Positions 9,834 through 19,142 of a stretch of DNA of 56,537 nt are shown one piece after another. This stretch comes from an uncultured Clostridia bacterium (lineage in GTDB: Bacteria > Bacillota > Clostridia > Oscillospirales > Acutalibacteraceae). Positions within the stretch are counted from its first letter, which is position 1; each line of letters opens with the position of its first letter. The stretch lies in NCBI GenBank assembly GCA_946539105.1, contig CAMNHG010000001.1, forward strand, positions 1-56,537. The letters are read 5' to 3'. The translations under genes and the position numbers were made by a program. The notes under the pieces were generated by a model. It ran no database searches, had not been told where the DNA came from, and saw only the letters and a program-made list of their open reading frames with translations.

Positions 9834-10799
9834 TTACCCCTTTACCGCCTGAGTAAATACATCAAGATTATTTTTCATAATATCCAAATATGTCTTGCCG
9901 CCTTCAATTTCCTGCTTGCTGACGGATTGCATTGAGTCAAGCTCAAGAATTTTGGCGTTTTTTTGATTAGAAGTCTGCAAAACCGTGTTAGCAATTTTAC
10001 CGTCTGAACCATCAATCTTCATAAGCGCGGGGAGCTTTAGTTCATCGAGCTTTTTTGAGAGGAAAGCAACGGTTTCAAAGCTCGCTTCGGATTCCGCCGA
10101 ACAACCGGAGAATGCCGCGTAATACTTGAGGTTATAATCATCCAGCATATACCTGAACGGAAAACGGTCGGCAAAAATCAATGTGTCGTACTTTGCGGTA
10201 TCCCTGACGGATTTATACTGTGCGTCAAGTTCATTTAACTTCTTTAAGTATTCCTCTGTATTTTTGCTGTAGATTTCTTTATTTTCCGCGTTTTTTTCGC
10301 TGAGTTTATCAGAAATTTTACCGCAGAGTAACGAGGCGTTTTTTAGGGAAAGCCATACGTGCTCGTCAAGCTCCGGTTCATCTTCTTTTTTATCGGAATC
10401 GCCCTGCATACCCTCAACGGTTTCTTCCTCTTTTGCCTTTGTGCCGAGTTCGTCCAAAAGGTTAATTACTGTCATTTCCTTGTTGACCGCTCCTTTGAGC
10501 GCGTCATTGACCCATTTGTCAGATTCTCCGCCGACATAGATAAACACGTCGCAGTTAGAGATTTTTACAATATCCTCCGCTGTGGGCTGATAGCTGTGGA
10601 AATCAGTTCCGTTTTCAACCAACAATGTCAGGTCAATGTCATCTAATCCGGCAGTGATATTTCTAACCCAGTCATACTCGGAAAAAATAGTTGTGACAAT
10701 CTTTAGCTTTCCGTTATCCTTTGCAGGAGCTGACGAACAGCCGGCAAATACGGCAACCGCCGTCAGAGCCGCCATAATCAGCGATATAATTCTTTTCAT
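9834..10799 (-). CDS. Zn ABC transporter substrate-binding lipoprotein (ZnuA/AdcA-like)
   Basis: Lipobox FAGC; DFHSYQP and DEHVWLS motifs. Confidence 0.9.
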   Translation of the reverse strand: MKRIISLIMAALTAVAVFAGCSSAPAKDNGKLKIVTTIFSEYDWVRNITAGLDDIDLTLLVENGTDFHSYQPTAEDIVKISNCDVFIYVGGESDKWVNDALKGAVNKEMTVINLLDELGTKAKEEETVEGMQGDSDKKEDEPELDEHVWLSLKNASLLCGKISDKLSEKNAENKEIYSKNTEEYLKKLNELDAQYKSVRDTAKYDTLIFADRFPFRYMLDDYNLKYYAAFSGCSAESEASFETVAFLSKKLDELKLPALMKIDGSDGKIANTVLQTSNQKNAKILELDSMQSVSKQEIEGGKTYLDIMKNNLDVFTQAVKG

Positions 10800-10812
10800 A
10801 ATATACTCCCTG

Positions 10813-11208
10813 TTAATTATTTTTACAGTCCTTGCATACTCCGTAAAGTACGGTCTCGGATTTATCTATAGTGAAGTCGTCGCTTTGAGCAAGGGTATTT
10901 ATCAGCATATCGGCACATTCGGCGTTCATATGGTAGGTCTTACCGCATTTTTTGCAGGAAAGATGCAGACATTCCCTGCATTTGTGCGCGTCGGTATAAA
11001 GATAATAAACCTCGCGTGTGCCGCTTTTGCTGACGCGCCTTACCTTGCCTTCCTTTTCAAGATCGGAAAGATTGCGGTAAACCGCGCTTATGCTTACACC
11101 CATACCGCCGAGCTCTGATTCAATTATTTTTGCAGAAAGCTCCTCATCGGCGTGCTGTTCAAGAAAAGCAAGAAGGGCTTTGCGTTGCTTTGTCATATAT
11201 TTAGGCAT
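10813..11208 (-). CDS. Fur-family transcriptional repressor (probable Zur)
   Basis: TKQRKA, SAVYRNL, HLSCKKCG and GVCKDC motifs; heads the Zn ABC operon. Confidence 0.85.
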   Translation of the reverse strand: MPKYMTKQRKALLAFLEQHADEELSAKIIESELGGMGVSISAVYRNLSDLEKEGKVRRVSKSGTREVYYLYTDAHKCRECLHLSCKKCGKTYHMNAECADMLINTLAQSDDFTIDKSETVLYGVCKDCKNN

Positions 11209-11220
11209 AATTACACTCCA

Positions 11221-11301
11221 ATTTGCGAATCATTCGCAAATAATTATATCAGGGAATACGGTTAAAGTCAATAGATTTGCGAATAATTCGCAAATCTATT
11301 G
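11221..11301 (-). promoter_or_regulatory. SigA promoter flanked by two Fur/Zur-type operator palindromes
   Basis: TTGACT (11271-11266), 17 bp, TATAAT (11248-11243). Palindromes ATTTGCGAAT-N-ATTCGCAAAT at 11221-11241 and 11275-11295. Confidence 0.85.
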
Positions 11302-11347
11302 CGATAAAAAATGCGCTGTATCAAAATACAACGCATCTGTAAGTAGA

Positions 11348-11995
11348 TTAATCTTTAAAACACTTTTGAATCGCCTTGTACTCTCCAAGCACCAAAAGCG
11401 TGGTATCATCTGTCAAAACCGTATCAGGCTGTACCATAAAATCAATATTATCATCCTTTTTTAAGCCGATAATAGTAAGGCCGTATTTTTTTCTGACATC
11501 GAGCTGAACAATAGTTTTTCCAACCCAATATTCGGGGATAGAAACCTCATAAATAGAATATTTATCGTCAAGTGCTATATAGTCGAGAATATGGTCACTG
11601 CTGTATCGGATTGCTGCCCAGTTCGCTACCTGCTTTTCAGGATAAACAACCTTATCCGCTCCGTTTCGGAGAAGGAATCTTTCCTGTCCGTCGCGTTCCG
11701 CGCGCGCTACTACCAAGCTCGCTCCGAGTTCTTTTAAAAGATATGTTGTCTCCAGCGAGCTTTGAAAATCATTGCTGATTGTTACAAAACAAACATCAAA
11801 ATTATCTACGCCGATTGATCGGAGAAAAGCCTCGTTAGTGCTGTCTCCGATTTGAGCATCGGTGACAATATCAATCGCGTCGTTAACCTTTTTCTCGTCA
11901 ATATCAATGCCGAGGACTTCGTGACCGAGCTTGTCAAGCTGTACGGCAATATGTTTTCCGAATCTTCCGAGTCCTATAAGCAAAACAGATTTCAT
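11348..11995 (-). CDS. TrkA/KtrA potassium uptake regulatory subunit
   Basis: IGLGRFG RCK_N domain followed by an RCK_C domain. Confidence 0.92.
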   Translation of the reverse strand: MKSVLLIGLGRFGKHIAVQLDKLGHEVLGIDIDEKKVNDAIDIVTDAQIGDSTNEAFLRSIGVDNFDVCFVTISNDFQSSLETTYLLKELGASLVVARAERDGQERFLLRNGADKVVYPEKQVANWAAIRYSSDHILDYIALDDKYSIYEVSIPEYWVGKTIVQLDVRKKYGLTIIGLKKDDNIDFMVQPDTVLTDDTTLLVLGEYKAIQKCFKD

Positions 11996-12005
11996 TGTTA
12001 ATCTC

Positions 12006-13349
12006 CTATCCTACAATTATTTTTTCCTGGGGAAGTTTAGAAAGTTTTTTGGTTGATGTTGAAATTGCGGCGTAAAGTATTGTAAGTCCGCCGACTCTGC
12101 CCAGGAACATAAGCACCACAAGAATAATTTGAGACGCTATGCCGAGCGTCGGTGTAATTCCAAGAGTACAGCCTACGGTGCCAACCGCAGAAGCAGTCTC
12201 AAACAGACATAAGCCAAACGGTAAGCCCTCTATCATACAAATTGCCGATGCGCTGAAAAAGCACAGGGTAATATACATTAAAAAGAGAGTAGAGGCAGTT
12301 TTTATCGCACCGGGGTCAAGCCTTCTTCCGAAACACTCAGGATCCTGCTTGCGCTTGCAGGTTGATATTGCGTTAAGTACAAGCACGGCAAGGGTTGTGG
12401 TTTTCATACCGCCTGCTGTGGAGCCCGGCGAACCGCCGACGAGCATCAAGCCGATAAACACTGCCTGACCGATTACCGACATTGATCCGAGGTCAAGAGT
12501 GTTAAAGCCCGCGGTTCTGGTTGTTACCGACTGAAAGATTGAACCGAAGATTCTCTCACCTATCGGAAGCTCCGCAAAATCGTGCAGAAAGAAAAGAAGA
12601 GCCGGACCGATGATCAGTATTGCGGATGTGACAAGCACAATTTTACTCTGCAAGCTGTAATGTTTTAACTTAAACTTGTGATCGACTACATCCTTCCAAG
12701 TGATAAAACCGATACCGCCGACGATAATCAACAGCATTATAACGATGTTTATGACAGGATTTGCCGAATACGCCGTGATTGAAGCGAACTTGTTGTCGGG
12801 CTTTCCCATAATGTCAAAACCGGCGTTGCAAAAAGCGGATATTGAATGGAAGAACGACATCCAGATTCCTCTGGGCCCGAAATCGTGAATAAACACTGGC
12901 ATCATCGCAACTGCTCCGGCAAGCTCTATAATCAAGGTGCCTTTTAAAACAAATCGCGTCATCCTGACAATTCCGCCGACAGTCGGCGCGGAAATAGCGT
13001 TCTGCATTATACTTCTTTGTCCAAACGAAATCTTCTTACCCGATATCATCGCGACTGAGGCGACCATAGTAATAACTCCGAGACCGCCGATTTGAATTAA
13101 GATAAGTATAACCGCCTGCCCGAACTCCGTCCAATATGTTGCGGTATCCTGAACAATAAGTCCGGTTACGCACACCGCTGAGGTTGCGGTAAACAGAGTT
13201 TGATTAAAAGGGGTAATATTTCCGCTTTTTGAGGCTATTGGGAGCATCAAAATCAACGCGCCGGTGAGAATAACACTCAAAAATCCGATTGAAATAGTTT
13301 GAAACGACGTAAGCCGAATCCTTTTTTTGCCTGAACCAGTCATATACAC
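12006..13349 (-). CDS. TrkH/KtrB potassium uptake membrane subunit
   Basis: SAVCVTGL, SAFCNAGF, RTAGF and GSTAGGMKTTT pore motifs. Confidence 0.92.
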   Translation of the reverse strand: MYMTGSGKKRIRLTSFQTISIGFLSVILTGALILMLPIASKSGNITPFNQTLFTATSAVCVTGLIVQDTATYWTEFGQAVILILIQIGGLGVITMVASVAMISGKKISFGQRSIMQNAISAPTVGGIVRMTRFVLKGTLIIELAGAVAMMPVFIHDFGPRGIWMSFFHSISAFCNAGFDIMGKPDNKFASITAYSANPVINIVIMLLIIVGGIGFITWKDVVDHKFKLKHYSLQSKIVLVTSAILIIGPALLFFLHDFAELPIGERIFGSIFQSVTTRTAGFNTLDLGSMSVIGQAVFIGLMLVGGSPGSTAGGMKTTTLAVLVLNAISTCKRKQDPECFGRRLDPGAIKTASTLFLMYITLCFFSASAICMIEGLPFGLCLFETASAVGTVGCTLGITPTLGIASQIILVVLMFLGRVGGLTILYAAISTSTKKLSKLPQEKIIVG

Positions 13350-13447
13350 TTCCAGCCTTTATATTAACTAATTTAATACTAAACCGCATAATATATTAAT
13401 TATATCACACGAACACAAAATTGTCACCCCTGAATTTTTAATGATAT

Positions 13448-13486
13448 AAAAAACGCCGCCAAGCAGGAAACACCCCACTTGACGGC
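13448..13486 (-). terminator. Intrinsic terminator after guaA-like gene
   Basis: GCCGTCAAGTGGG...CCTGCTTGGCGGC followed by a T-run on the minus strand. Confidence 0.75.
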
Positions 13487-13512
13487 TTAATTTATAATTC
13501 TAAATTAGAAAT

Positions 13513-14493
13513 TTATTCCCACTCTATTGTGGCGCAGGGCTTGGGTGTGAGGTCGTAGAGGACGCGGTTTACGTTTTCTACCTCTGTGGTGATTCTCTTT
13601 GTGATGTGCTGTAAAAGCTCAAAGGGAACATCCTCAATGGTTGCGGTCATTGCGTCGGTGGTGTTTACGGCACGGATAATAACGGGATATGCGAATGTGC
13701 GCTTGCCGTCCTTTACGCCTACCGATTTAAAGTTGGGCACTGCTGTGAAGTATTGCCATACCTTGCCCTCAAGTCCGTTCTTTGCAAACTCCTCGCGGAG
13801 AATAGCGTCGGATTCTCTGACAGCTTCGAGTCTGTCGCGTGTGATTGCGCCGAGGCAGCGAACGCCGAGTCCGGGGCCGGGGAACGGCTGGCGGAATACC
13901 ATATTATCGGGAAGTCCGAGTGCCTTGCCGACTACTCTTACCTCGTCCTTAAAAAGGAGTTTTACAGGTTCTACAAGCTCAAACTGTAAATCCTCGGGAA
14001 GTCCGCCTACATTGTGGTGAGCCTTTACACCGTCGCTTTCGAGAATGTCGGGATAGATTGTGCCCTGCGCGAGGAACTCAATACCGTCGAGCTTTCTCGC
14101 CTCTTCCTCAAATACTCTGATAAACTCCGCGCCGATAATCTTTCTCTTTTTCTCGGGTTCTTCAACGCCTGCGAGCTTGTCGAGGAAACGGTCAACGGCG
14201 TCAACATAAACGAGGTTGGCGTTCATCTGGTTTTTAAACACCTCTACTACCTGCTCGGGCTCGCCCTTGCGGAGAAGTCCGTGGTTTACATGAACGCAGA
14301 CCAGCTGCTGTCCTACAGCCTTGATAAGCAGAGCGGCTACTACAGAGCTGTCAACTCCGCCTGAAAGTGCCAAAAGCACCTTTTTATCGCCGATTTGCTC
14401 TCTTAATTCCTTAACCTGCTCGTCAATAAACGCGTTCGCAAGCTCGGGTGTTGTTATTCTTTCCATTGTTTCGGGACGTACATTTCCTTGCAT
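13513..14493 (-). CDS. guaA: GMP synthase, ATP-pyrophosphatase + C-terminal domains only (no glutaminase domain)
   Basis: LSGGVDS PP-loop, QGTIYPD, HHNV, PFPGPGL and TIEWE; only 326 aa. Confidence 0.85.
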   Translation of the reverse strand: MQGNVRPETMERITTPELANAFIDEQVKELREQIGDKKVLLALSGGVDSSVVAALLIKAVGQQLVCVHVNHGLLRKGEPEQVVEVFKNQMNANLVYVDAVDRFLDKLAGVEEPEKKRKIIGAEFIRVFEEEARKLDGIEFLAQGTIYPDILESDGVKAHHNVGGLPEDLQFELVEPVKLLFKDEVRVVGKALGLPDNMVFRQPFPGPGLGVRCLGAITRDRLEAVRESDAILREEFAKNGLEGKVWQYFTAVPNFKSVGVKDGKRTFAYPVIIRAVNTTDAMTATIEDVPFELLQHITKRITTEVENVNRVLYDLTPKPCATIEWE

Positions 14494-14604
14494 AACTTAC
14501 TCCTTTATTTTTTTGATGTCATAATTATAAACTAATCTGAATATTAAATCAAGGCTTTTATAAAATAACCGGAATCCGTTTGGGCGGATTCCGATTAATA
14601 TTAT

Positions 14605-15828
14605 TTATTCGGTTTTTTCTTCGGTAACTTCGATTACTTCTTCTTTAACTTCTTCGGCAGGAGCTTCCTCTGTGATTTCGGGTTCAGCGGTTACTTCCTC
14701 TGTCTGCTCTGCCTGTGGTTCTTCGGGAGCTGCTTCTTCATCATTAGTAACCTTTATCTCTTCGCTGTCATCCTTACATTCCTCAACGCCGTAGAGTTCG
14801 GAAGCCATAATTGCGAGAGCTTCCTCTGCCTCGGGAATCGGCAGACCTACAAAGAAGTGCATTTGGTTCTTGTAGATGTTAACGTCGATGTCAAGCTCGT
14901 AATCATCCGCAATATCCTTGAGAGTATTTGCGTCAGCGCAGAAAATTTCCCTTGTGCCGGCAAATACCGTGATTTTGCAAAGTCCTGTAAGGTCGCCGTA
15001 AATCGGGCTTACCGCGGGGTGCTTAAGGTCAAGGTCACCTGCGTAAAGCTCGCCTTTTTCTCTGAGAACGTCAGCGTTTAAGAGCTTATCCTGCGGCTGA
15101 ATTTCAGCTATGGCTGGATTGCTGTTAGTTACATCAAGCCACGGTGAGATAAGGAAAGCCTGCTTGGGCATGGGCAGAGTCTGATACTTAATCTTCTGCA
15201 GAAGTGAAAGCACAAGTCCGCCGCCAGCACCGTCGCCGACAAAGACGATTTTATCAGCAGGTATCTGATTTTCCTCAATCAAATACATATAGCGGTCGAG
15301 GAGCATTTTCTGAATTTCAACAGCTGTGTGCGCAGGAGCTTTGGGATAAACAGGCAATACGAGCTGTGCGCCGAGCTTGTTTGACAGCTTCTTTAAGAAC
15401 GAATAGTGGAACCTGGTGGGATTTGTCCAGAAGTCGGTTCCGTGAATATAGAAAAGAATGCAGTCTGACGTCTTTTCCTCGGGCTCTAATACAAAGGTAT
15501 CGTCAGTGAACCAGTCGATTTCGGTAAAGCCCATAGACTTTTTAACCTGCTCGGGGAACACAAAGGGCTTTGAGCTTTCTTCAAGTCCCTTTTCAAAATT
15601 GACGGGCTTTTTAACCGCGAGAGGCAGAACCTTTGCCGCGTCCTCGAACACAAGGCTCTTCATGCTTCTTTCCTGATTTTTTGCCTGTGCCGACTTTGCG
15701 ATAGCCGAGCCTACGGCTACGGCTGCTGCAGCGGTGGCGATGCCGAGTGCTATTTTATGACCTGTTTTCATTTTAAAAACTCCTCCCCCTATTTTAGAAA
15801 CAGCTTTTGTAATTGAATAGATATTCAT
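14605..15828 (-). CDS. HSL-like alpha/beta hydrolase-fold protein with acidic tail (nucleophile Ser absent)
   Basis: PVYPKAP, GDGAGGG, ISPWLD and SPIYGDLTGL motifs; alternative start at 15771. Confidence 0.75.
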   Translation of the reverse strand: MNIYSITKAVSKIGGGVFKMKTGHKIALGIATAAAAVAVGSAIAKSAQAKNQERSMKSLVFEDAAKVLPLAVKKPVNFEKGLEESSKPFVFPEQVKKSMGFTEIDWFTDDTFVLEPEEKTSDCILFYIHGTDFWTNPTRFHYSFLKKLSNKLGAQLVLPVYPKAPAHTAVEIQKMLLDRYMYLIEENQIPADKIVFVGDGAGGGLVLSLLQKIKYQTLPMPKQAFLISPWLDVTNSNPAIAEIQPQDKLLNADVLREKGELYAGDLDLKHPAVSPIYGDLTGLCKITVFAGTREIFCADANTLKDIADDYELDIDVNIYKNQMHFFVGLPIPEAEEALAIMASELYGVEECKDDSEEIKVTNDEEAAPEEPQAEQTEEVTAEPEITEEAPAEEVKEEVIEVTEEKTE

Positions 15829-15976
15829 AAAAACCTCCTAAATTAAAAATATTTATCAAAAATTATTATATCATACAAATAATCACTTGTCACCTATTTT
15901 TAAATCTTTTTTAATCATTTGTTAATAATTGCCCAAATAAAAACAAAAAACCTGCCGGAACAGCAGGTTAATATAA

Positions 15977-16325
15977 TGCGACTGCGCCTGTAAGCCGGGT
16001 TCTGTCGTGAACAGCCATCTATCTTGGCAGAGGGTTGCCCCTGCTGCTCGATGCCACCTCCTAAGAACTCGCCGAGCAAGCGAATAAAGTTCTACCACGG
16101 TGTTGCTTCAAATAGGGTTTACACGGCAGGCTTGTCTCCAAGCCTCCGGTGAGCTCTTACCTCACCTTTCCATCCTTACCGAATTATATTCGGCGGTAAT
16201 TTTCTGTTGCACTATCCCTGGGGTCGCCCCCGGCGGCCGTTAGCCGTTATTTTTGCTCTGTGAAGCCCGGACTTTCCTCGCACAGGTTTTTTCAAACACT
16301 GCCCGCGGCTGTTCAGCGCACTCGC
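15977..16325 (-). ncRNA. rnpB: RNase P RNA (class A)
   Basis: Minus strand reads GAGGAAAGTCCGGGC...GTGCAACAGAA...GGTAAGAGCTCACC...GTAAACCC...GAAGCAA...ACAGAACCCGGCTTA. P1 ends GCGAGTGCGC / GCGCAGTCGC. Upstream TTGACA-17-TATTAT at 16360-16332; terminator hairpin near 15945-15969. Confidence 0.95.
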
Positions 16326-16422
16326 GTTATTATAATAAATCATTTTAAGGAAGTTGTCAAATACTTGATTATAAAACATTTTTGAGGTATAATATATAAG
16401 ATTTGACGAAAGGAGTAATTTT

Positions 16423-17595
16423 ATGGATATAAGACAGGAATCGCTTAAAAAGCACTACGAGTGGAACGGAAAGATTGAGGTAGTCTCGACCGTTCCGATT
16501 AATTCATCAGAGGATTTGGCTCTCGCCTACACTCCCGGCGTTGCAGAGCCTTGCCTTGAAATTCAGAAGGACTATAACAAATCCTACGAGCTTACACGTA
16601 GAAACAACCTTGTTGCGGTTATCACAGACGGAACGGCTGTTCTTGGACTCGGTGATATCGGCCCCGAGGCAGGTATGCCTGTTATGGAGGGAAAATGCGC
16701 TTTGTTTAAGGCGTTTGGCGACGTTGACGCCTTCCCTATCTGCGTCAGAAGCAAAAGCGTTGACGAGATTGTAAACACGGTGTATATGATAAGCGGATCG
16801 TTCGGCGGAATTAACCTTGAGGATATTTCCGCTCCGAGGTGCTTTGAGATTGAAAAAAGACTTAAGGAGCTCTGCGATATTCCGATTTTCCACGACGACC
16901 AACACGGAACCGCGGTTATTGTTGCAGCCGGACTGCTTAACGCGCTTAAGATTGTCGGCAAGAAGATTGAGGACATCAAGGTTGTTATGAACGGCGCTGG
17001 AGCGGCAGGTATCGCGATTGCGAAGCACCTTATGAATATGGGCGTTAAGGACGTTACAATGTGCGACAGCAAGGGCATTATCTGCAAGGGAGACAAAAGA
17101 CTTAACCCTGTTAAGCAGGAAATGGCGGAGATTACAAACCTCAGCCATAAGACCGGATCGCTTGCAGACGCTATGGTCGGCGCGGATGTGTTCCTCGGAA
17201 TTTCCGCCGCAGGATGTGTTACTCAGGATATGGTTAAGACTATGGCGAAGGATCCGATTATCTTTGCTATGGCTAACCCCACTCCCGAAATTATGCCCGA
17301 CCTCGCAAAGGAAGCCGGCGCGGCTGTTGTAGGTACAGGCAGAAGCGATTTTCCGAACCAGATTAACAACGTACTGGCGTTCCCCGGTATTTTCAGAGGC
17401 GCGCTTGACTGCAGAGCAAGCGATATAAACGAGGAAATGAAGATTGCCGCTTCATACGCGCTCGCTTCTATCGTCGATGACAACAAGCTCAGTGCGGATT
17501 ACATTCTCCCCCACGCCTTTGACCCGAGAGTCGGCAAGGCAGTGGCGGAAGCTGTTAAAAAAGCTGCTGTTGAAAGCGGAGTCGCGAGAATCTAA
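16423..17595 (+). CDS. NAD(P)-dependent malic enzyme
   Basis: AYTPGVA, DGTAVLGLGDIG, NLEDI, FHDDQHGTA, GAGAAG and NQINNVL motifs. Confidence 0.93.
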   Translation: MDIRQESLKKHYEWNGKIEVVSTVPINSSEDLALAYTPGVAEPCLEIQKDYNKSYELTRRNNLVAVITDGTAVLGLGDIGPEAGMPVMEGKCALFKAFGDVDAFPICVRSKSVDEIVNTVYMISGSFGGINLEDISAPRCFEIEKRLKELCDIPIFHDDQHGTAVIVAAGLLNALKIVGKKIEDIKVVMNGAGAAGIAIAKHLMNMGVKDVTMCDSKGIICKGDKRLNPVKQEMAEITNLSHKTGSLADAMVGADVFLGISAAGCVTQDMVKTMAKDPIIFAMANPTPEIMPDLAKEAGAAVVGTGRSDFPNQINNVLAFPGIFRGALDCRASDINEEMKIAASYALASIVDDNKLSADYILPHAFDPRVGKAVAEAVKKAAVESGVARI

Positions 17596-17623
17596 TTATC
17601 ACCATATTTATTAAAGCAAAAAA

Positions 17624-17757
17624 TGTAGGGTTTGGTCTTTGAGGTGTTGTCCAAATCTTGATTTGGGTAACAACGCCCATGCAAAGCTGACCAAACCGTA
17701 GGTTGAGCACAAAACATTTAGCGTTTACCCACGGTTCAGTCAAGACTGAACCCTACA
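17624..17757. repeat. REPIN-like element (inverted pair of GTAG-REP hairpins)
   Basis: TGTAGGGTTTGGTC...GACCAAACCG on the left and CGGTTCAGTCAAGACTGAACCCTACA on the right, between convergent genes. Confidence 0.7.
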
Positions 17758-17810
17758 GTGCAATGAGATAGAAACAAGAGGTTGACTTTTACTCAAAAGA
17801 GAGTATTTAG

Positions 17811-19142
17811 TCAGCCTCTATTTTTTACAGCGTTTATAAGGGCTTGCCTGTCATTTTCAAGCTCCTCGTTAAGTACCTTTTCAAATAAATAATTTAATGT
17901 ATCGCCGATTTCTTTGCCGTTTGTAATGCCGATTTCAATTAAATCACTGCCGTTAACGGCAAGCTGCTTTAAGCTAAAGCACTCGTTATCCCTGATTATT
18001 TCTTCAAGGTGGTTCTTGGCGGTTTCAATATTTGACAGCTTTTGCTCTCTGTTATAATCAGACTGCGACATCGTGTCCGCGTACTGAATTTTGAAAAGCC
18101 GTTCCATATTCTCTCTGCCAATTTTGCCGAGAATCCGTCTGACAGTCCTTTTGTTTCCGCTGAAACGCACATCGTGATATTCTACCAGCTTAAGGCAATC
18201 TGCAATAAAAGCGTTTGAAAATCTTAGCCTTTTTAATACTCTGTCAGCTATTTGCGCACTTATTTTAGGGTGTCCTTTAAAATGACGTCTGCCTTCATAA
18301 CCCGTAGTGCACGCCTGTGGCTTTCCGATGTCATGCATAAGCATAGTCATTCGCAAAAGAGGATCCGGCTCAATTACTCCTACGGAATGAACAATATGCC
18401 TGTAAACATCATAGCAATGGTGCGGTGTTCGCTGCTCAAAATCAAAGCACGGCGTGATTTCGGGGATGATTTCAGCTATAACATCACGGTATTCATTTAA
18501 GATTTGCTCAACTGATTTGCCGCAGAGAATACCAATTAATTCCTCTCTGATTCGTTCATTAGCGACGTTATGAAGCAGACTTTTGCAATCGTGAACAGCC
18601 TTTGCGGTACGAGTTTCAATATCAAAACCGAAGCGCGAAGCAAAGCGCATTCCGCGCAAAATCCGCAGGGAATCCTCACCAAACCTGTCAATGGGATTTC
18701 CGACGCATTTTATCAGCTTTTTGGTGATATCTTCCCTGCCGCCGAACGGATCGACAAGTCTGTTTGATTCATTATAAGCAATAGCGTTTACCGTAAAGTC
18801 ACGGCGAGACAAATCATCCTTTATATTTGAAGTAAACTCAACGCTTTGCGGATGACGGTTATCTTCGTATTCTCCGTCAACGCGGTAGGTTGTAATCTCG
18901 TAAATTCCGCCATGCATTATCACGCCGATTGTGCCGTGCTTTTTGCCGACATCAATGGTATTATATTCTGAAAAACAAGCCTGAGTTTGTTCGGGCTTTG
19001 CGTTGGTGCAAATATCCCAGTCGTGCGGAGTGTTGCCCATAATAGAGTCGCGCACACAGCCGCCTACAAGATAGCCCTCAAATCCGTTATCTTGTAGTTT
19101 TTTTAATATAAAATTGACTTCCTCGGGAATATTAATTGTCAT
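17811..19142 (-). CDS. cca: CCA tRNA nucleotidyltransferase with HD domain
   Basis: LVGGCVRD, DWDI, DDLSRRDFTVNA, EDSLRILR, ERIREE and HDIGK motifs. Confidence 0.88.
   Translation of the reverse strand: MTINIPEEVNFILKKLQDNGFEGYLVGGCVRDSIMGNTPHDWDICTNAKPEQTQACFSEYNTIDVGKKHGTIGVIMHGGIYEITTYRVDGEYEDNRHPQSVEFTSNIKDDLSRRDFTVNAIAYNESNRLVDPFGGREDITKKLIKCVGNPIDRFGEDSLRILRGMRFASRFGFDIETRTAKAVHDCKSLLHNVANERIREELIGILCGKSVEQILNEYRDVIAEIIPEITPCFDFEQRTPHHCYDVYRHIVHSVGVIEPDPLLRMTMLMHDIGKPQACTTGYEGRRHFKGHPKISAQIADRVLKRLRFSNAFIADCLKLVEYHDVRFSGNKRTVRRILGKIGRENMERLFKIQYADTMSQSDYNREQKLSNIETAKNHLEEIIRDNECFSLKQLAVNGSDLIEIGITNGKEIGDTLNYLFEKVLNEELENDRQALINAVKNRG

Noticed and set aside
13350-13512. Possible c-di-AMP (ydaO) riboswitch before the ktr/trk genes
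   Set aside because: The region is short and AT-rich, holding only the guaA terminator and a likely promoter.
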